Shown here: positions 58,065-64,000 of the stretch, piece after piece
Layout of the letters: each line of letters starts with the position of its first letter
How positions within the stretch are numbered: position 1 is the stretch's first letter
From: Neophaeotheca triangularis
Taxonomy: Eukaryota
Length of the DNA stretch: 64,000 nt
Direction of reading: 5' to 3'
NCBI GenBank assembly: GCA_054600435.1
Contig: BAAIJX010000022.1
Coordinates: forward strand, 124,001-188,000
Made by a program: the position numbers and the translations under genes
The notes under the pieces: generated by a model
The model's database searches: none
What the model saw: only the letters and a program-made list of their open reading frames with translations
Told to the model about the DNA's origin: nothing

Positions 58065-59597
58065 ATGGCAGCTGGTCTTGTCGACATTTACGGTGACGAG
58101 TTCCCCAGGTTGAGAGAGGCGGGCTTGTATGCCGCGAGAATCAACGCCGACGGTATCTTCACCCTCACTCCTAGCCATGCATCTTGCTCTGCACGGCTTG
58201 ACTGACCATCCTGTTCAGGTAACTGCCTCTTCAACGCTCTCTCCGACCAACTCTACGACACCCAAGCCCACCATGCCCAAATCCGCAATCGTGTCATCTC
58301 CTACATGCGTGACCATGCCGACTACTACAAACAATACATCACCGTATACCCTGGAGGAGGCGTCCGTCGAAACCCGAAACGCACCAACACCTCTTTCTCC
58401 GCCTCGCAAGAGAATGGACCAACGGATGAAGAGATAGACACGGCTTTTGAGCAGCATCTCAACCGCATGGCGCAGGGAGGCACGTGGGGTGACAACATCG
58501 AAATCTCCGCCTTTGGACAAGCCTACGACGTCGATGTGATCATCTACACACGCACTAGCGAGCAGTTGATTCCCGCCAGTCAGCAGGACATGGGCACCAA
58601 ACCCGTCGTCCATATCGCCCACCATGAATGGGAGCACTTCAGCAGCATCCGAAACCTCGACGGCCCACACGCTGGTCAGGGGATGCCCGACATCAAAGTC
58701 AGGTCTCTGACTCCCGAGGAGGAGCGAAAGCAACAAGAACGCGTCGCAAAGTCCCCGCTCGTGCAGCCTTGGATGATCGACCATGTCTTCACAGCGCTCG
58801 GAGGTATGCCCAGCAAGAAAGCCATAACTCACGAACTCCACAAGCAAAGCGGCAACATGGACCGGACCGTCTCTGCACTTCTCGACGAGCAGCACAACAA
58901 CCAGAACAACTCATCCACCGACAGCAGCACCCACAGCTCGACCACCGATGCGGATATGAACAGCTACAGCTCCCACACTACTCCTCCCAGTCGCAACAAC
59001 TCGTCTGCCTCATCCCCTCGCAGTCTCCCCACCCAACCCTCCGACGCAAGCGACGACTCCCGCAAAGCCACCTCAACCTCCTTCACAGCATCCTACGCCC
59101 GCTCCGCCATTCCAACAACCGAACCCGCCTCATCCTCAGCCTCTCGCTCCGCTTCTCCAGCCAAACCCAACGGCCCCAAGCGTTTCCGCTTGCTGGGACC
59201 CCGTCCACCGGCCACGCATACAACCTCGACTACCACAAGCCCGCAGCCCCAATCGAAGCCGAGAGGAAAACGCAACACCCCGCGCGCCTCTCCTGCCCCA
59301 ACGACAGCTTCCACGCGCAGCAATAACCAAAATCCCGCCGCCGCTACCGTCTCGGCTTCCACCGAACCCCACAACCCCGCAACCCACCACACGCCAACCC
59401 ACACCCAGTCCGGCTCCGGCTATGGTCATGGCGGCAGCCAAAGCCGTAGCGCTTCCCCCAGCGCCCGGCTCCTTGCCCCCCGCCACCGAGGGCGCGTCGA
59501 GAAACCGCCTGCGGGCCGCAATTCGCCTGCTGCCGCCGGGGGTAATGGAACACCTGTCGTGACTTCCGGGGTAGGGGGGCTGGAGTTGCAGGGTTGA
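58065..59597 (+). CDS. OTU-family deubiquitinase (OTUD3/Otu2-like) with CUE-like and Ser/Thr-rich tail
   Basis: MAAGLVDIYGDEFPRLREAGLYAARINAD|GNCLFNALSDQL (catalytic DGNC across intron 58153-58218), GTWGDNIEI, HHEWEHFSSIRN. Confidence 0.87.
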
Positions 59598-60576
59598 ATG
59601 AGACAATGTAGATGTGAGAGATACGGCGAGCATAAATATGAACTCGATCTTGCTTACGAAGGTTTCGAAGCAAAGGTTACGACACGAAATACACACGTAC
59701 ATAGCGAGATTGCATAGCGGGCTGCGAGGCTGATGGGCTGGGGTTGTCTTTTCAACTGGACTGGGTTCTTTACGAGCGGGCTGCGTTTGGGCGTTTCTTA
59801 TTTTGACGATGAATGGGCGCAGGGATACATTTCACGCACATTATGGATGGTGGAACGGGACAATGCGGTTTCGTCTCTCCCTTTCTTTTTTTTTCACATC
59901 TTGCATAGGGATGGCTCGGGGCATAGCGATGGCGTTTTACTCGTACTTGGCAAAGTAGAGGGGAGTGTTATGGTTGTGGGAGCATTGCATAGTTAGATCA
60001 AGATGGGATGGAGTGAGTTGAGATGACTTGAGCTGAGCTGAGCTGAGCAGATACACTAGGCAGCTAGTTGGCGGTCAGGTGTATCAAGTCTTGAGATGAT
60101 GTTGCGTTTCAAATGTTTTGTGTGACGGCTGTTTACTCGCTGTGGGGGGTTGGTTGATTGATTGATGTACAAGTCGACTGAATGGGGGATGATTGATAGA
60201 ATCGGCTCGTTTGGGGTGTGGTGCATGGGTGTTCTTGCGGTATACCTACCTACTAGCTAGGTATTGTCTTGGTTGGTGTTCGGCGAATCGCATCGTGCAG
60301 GAAGCATGCATCTCGTCAGATCTGCAGTACAGCCATCCACTAGCGCTGCCTGACTCTGACCCAATTAACAGCATTCTTACATCGGCCTTCCGTCCGCGAC
60401 CGCCGACGTACAGCCTCACAGCGAATGCGATCGTCAACTTCAAGAATCAGCGCAGTCAGCACGAAAAGTCTCCCCCAGGCTCGTCCGCCCACTCAGTCTC
60501 ACCGAACAAACCGGACCACCCGGTCTCGACTCACACTACTCCTAATACCCCATCACACAGCCATCGACCCTCAAAC

Positions 60577-61647
60577 ATGGCCCTGCCCTCACTCCTGCGC
60601 ATGCCGCGCCCCAAGGTAGACACCCACCTCCTCCCATCCGACCATCATCCCCCCCACTAAACCCCCCTGCAGACCTTCCTCCAAGTCATAAGCCTACGCA
60701 CAGCAACCGAATTCCTCATCTTCACGCTCCTAATCAACAAACTCACGGGCCTCTACGGCATCCTGGCCCTCTTCACCGGCTACGAACTAAACCCGCTCCA
60801 ACTCAGCCACTACATCTACAGCCTGCTAGTGCTAGCACTAGCCGCCTACCTCTCCCCCTCGATCCGCGCTCCCACCCAGCCCTTCCACGTCCTCGCCCTC
60901 GCCTGGCTCTACGTCCTCGACGCCGTCGTCAACGTGCTCTACACGGCCTTGTTCGGCATGGGCTGGTTCGTGCTCCTGGCGCAGCATTTGGACGACTCCG
61001 TGCCCGGCGTTGCAGAGCAGGGGGCTCCTGGCAAGGGCACGATAGAGGATACGGCCGGCTTCACTGACCCCGAGCATGAGGTTGAGGCCGTCGAGGTCCA
61101 GGTCAAGCCCGCTCCCGGGGCGTTGAATGTCGGGCAGCAGGCTACGGCTTTTGCGAGCGGGGTTGGGAATGCCGGGGGAGTGGGGAGTGCGGTTTTCGAC
61201 GGTGGCAGCTTGGCGAGTCTGGGGGTTTTGGGGGCGTTGTGGGCGGTGAGGTTTTGGTGTTGTTTTGTCGTTTTGGCGTACGCGAGGGGCGTGGTGAGGG
61301 GTTATGTGATGCGGTTGTCGGTGCAGGGGGAGGGGTCGTATGAGGAGGGTGGCGAGGCGGGGTTGGCGATGAATCCTTTTGCTGAGGGCAGGGAGGAGGG
61401 CCAGGGGTGGAGGGGCAGGTTGGGGAGGGTTATGCTTGCTTGGCCTACTAAGGGGTATTGGTTGGGCAGGGATGAGGATCAGGAAGAGTGGCTTAGGACT
61501 ACGAGTGGCAAGTTTATGGGCAGCAAGGGGCTGAGTATTAGGGTCCCTGAGGCGGGGGTTGGGGAGAGAGAGAGGAGGGCTAGGAGTGGGACTGGCCCGC
61601 CTGTGCCCGCTGTTGGGCCCGATGGAGCCAAGAAGGAGGCGCCTTAA
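60577..61647 (+). CDS. KEI1: Inositol phosphorylceramide synthase regulatory subunit Kei1 (DUF1753)
   Basis: MALPSLLRMPRPK|TFLQVISLRTATEFLIFTLLINKLTGLYGILALFTG (intron 60616-60672); C-terminal RERRARSGTGPP. Confidence 0.85.
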
Positions 61648-62022
61648 GGTAGTATGGCTTGTGGAGGGGAGGCACCTGGATAATAGTGAAACTTTGCTGT
61701 TGGAGCGGCGCAATTGGACTGCACTGGTGGGTTTATTATACAAAGGCGGTGGGTATGGGGCCATCGCTGTGTAGGTATAGGATTAAAGGGGCGTATATAC
61801 ATTAGCGGAAAGTCAAATGCTTTTGCACCAATCTTACACAGGTATATCAACGTCCAGCGAGCCCGCACCCTTTACCCTTGTGAGCTTTCAAATGTCCCGT
61901 TAATGCCAGAAACGCCTGCGCTACACCACTGCAAATGCAAAATCCCCTGTGATAGCGCCGATATTCAAGCTCGTGCCACGGAGATTGCTCCTCTGAAGTC
62001 TCGAAGTACTCGTACACTTCCC

Positions 62023-62832
<810 letters not shown>

Positions 62833-63239
62833 TTTGAGGGTTGGCGCAATGGGATCGCTGGTGCTGTTGATGTGGAGGAATACCCTGCCGTGAGTTGAAC
62901 GGTCTCGAGATATGGGGGTCGAGTCGAGAGGATTGCGCGGAAGAGTTGTCGGCTCGGTTGTTGTGGTGAAAAGGTTAACAGTCAAATGGATATGGAGGAT
63001 TTGGGTATTGATTGTTTGGGTGCATCGTCACTGTTCAGGAGAACGACCGGTTGGACCGGGACTCCACGAGGCCCAGTCGACCGGGGAGTGGACCCTGGCT
63101 TCAGAGCGATTGATTAGATAAGCCTGTTATTTTCTCCAACTTCCCAGACTTCTCCAACCTCACGGTGTCACTTTGATATCGTTGCAACAATCCCACATAC
63201 ATCCAGCTTTCTGCAACATCGTCAGACTGAATACCAAGC

Positions 63240-64000
63240 ATGGCGGAATCAGCAATACTGGCACCGGCCACCTACAAACAACCCTCCCGAAAGGGTAAAA
63301 AGGCTTGGCGCAAAAACGTCGACATCTCGCAAGTCCAGTCTGGCCTCCAAGATGTACGAGACGAGACCATTCAAGGCGGTGTCGTTGCGGAGAAGACGGC
63401 AGATCAGCTCTTTGCCACGGACGTCGCAGGAGACGAAAATGTAGCCAAGCAACAGCGAGGGAAAAAGCTGCTCAAAGCCGACGAAATTCTCGCCCAGCGC
63501 TCCGCCGTACCTGCCCTCGACCGCAGAAAGCGCAAAGCTGAAGAGACTGTTGTACCGAGCAGCCACAAAAAGTCCAAGAACGGCCACTACGTCACGCACA
63601 AGGAACTTCAAGAGCTCAAGAAAGCGGCCAACCGCGTCGGCGACGTTGTGGTCGAAGAACCGCCTCCGGCCTTTGACCCATGGGCCGATAACACCAAGCC
63701 GAAAGACCCGCGGTTCAGCTTCTTGCCTGAGAAAAAGGACAAGGTCGCTCCCGAGACGCTCAAACACGCTCCCGTAGCCCAGACGGCCACGGGCAAGCAC
63801 CTCCCCAACGTCCGTAAGCCCGAGGCCGGCAAGTCGTACAACCCGCTTGTGGGCGACTGGACGGCGCTGCTGGAACGCGAAGGCGCGGCAGCGGTGGAAG
63901 CAGAAAAGACACGCCTGAGAGAGGAGGCTGAAGCTCGGGACGCCGAAGCGCGAGCAGAAGCCGAGGCGGCCAAGGTCGAAGCCGCGGAGAAGGACGCTTA
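63240..64000 (+). CDS. NOP53: Ribosome biogenesis protein Nop53 (3' end runs off the window)
   Basis: MAESAILAPATYKQPSRKGKKAWRKNVDI...LKADEILAQRSAVPA...AGKSYNP; frame open to the window end. Confidence 0.9.
   Translation, partial: MAESAILAPATYKQPSRKGKKAWRKNVDISQVQSGLQDVRDETIQGGVVAEKTADQLFATDVAGDENVAKQQRGKKLLKADEILAQRSAVPALDRRKRKAEETVVPSSHKKSKNGHYVTHKELQELKKAANRVGDVVVEEPPPAFDPWADNTKPKDPRFSFLPEKKDKVAPETLKHAPVAQTATGKHLPNVRKPEAGKSYNPLVGDWTALLEREGAAAVEAEKTRLREEAEARDAEARAEAEAAKVEAAEKDA

Overview
Gene-dense eukaryotic DNA from a filamentous ascomycete. The short GT-AG introns with CTRAY branch points point to Pezizomycotina; Dothideomycetes is my inference. About 23 protein-coding genes are supported, mostly housekeeping: DBP10, RFA2, MRP20, VPS15, SEN34, ANP1, GEA/GBF1, a Zn2Cys6 transcription factor, GH43, URK1, GID8-like, an RBR E3 ligase, TVP15, DAO, RKI1, ULA1, an OTU deubiquitinase, KEI1, YPT6 and NOP53. 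The non-coding layer is the more interesting part. (1) Two dispersed, highly diverged loci (15496-16017 minus strand; 41008-41392 plus strand) share one architecture: a GAGGT/GAAGT pentamer tract, an identical 16-mer TATA-like box (ATACCATATATTCAAC), a tRNA-type A box whose GGTA doubles as a spliceosomal 5' splice site, a short spliceosomal intron, a B box, three position-matched hairpins with different sequences, and an oligo-T terminator. This looks like a family of spliced, structured Pol III-type ncRNA genes that I cannot assign to a known class. (2) A non-coding multi-intron snoRNA host (about 19996-21065) carries snR55-like, snR61-like and a 260-nt SNORD17-like C/D RNA. (3) Four more intronic C/D snoRNAs sit in SEN34, URK1 and the GID8-like gene. 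rRNA target positions and homolog names are recalled from memory and need checking against Rfam or a snoRNA database.
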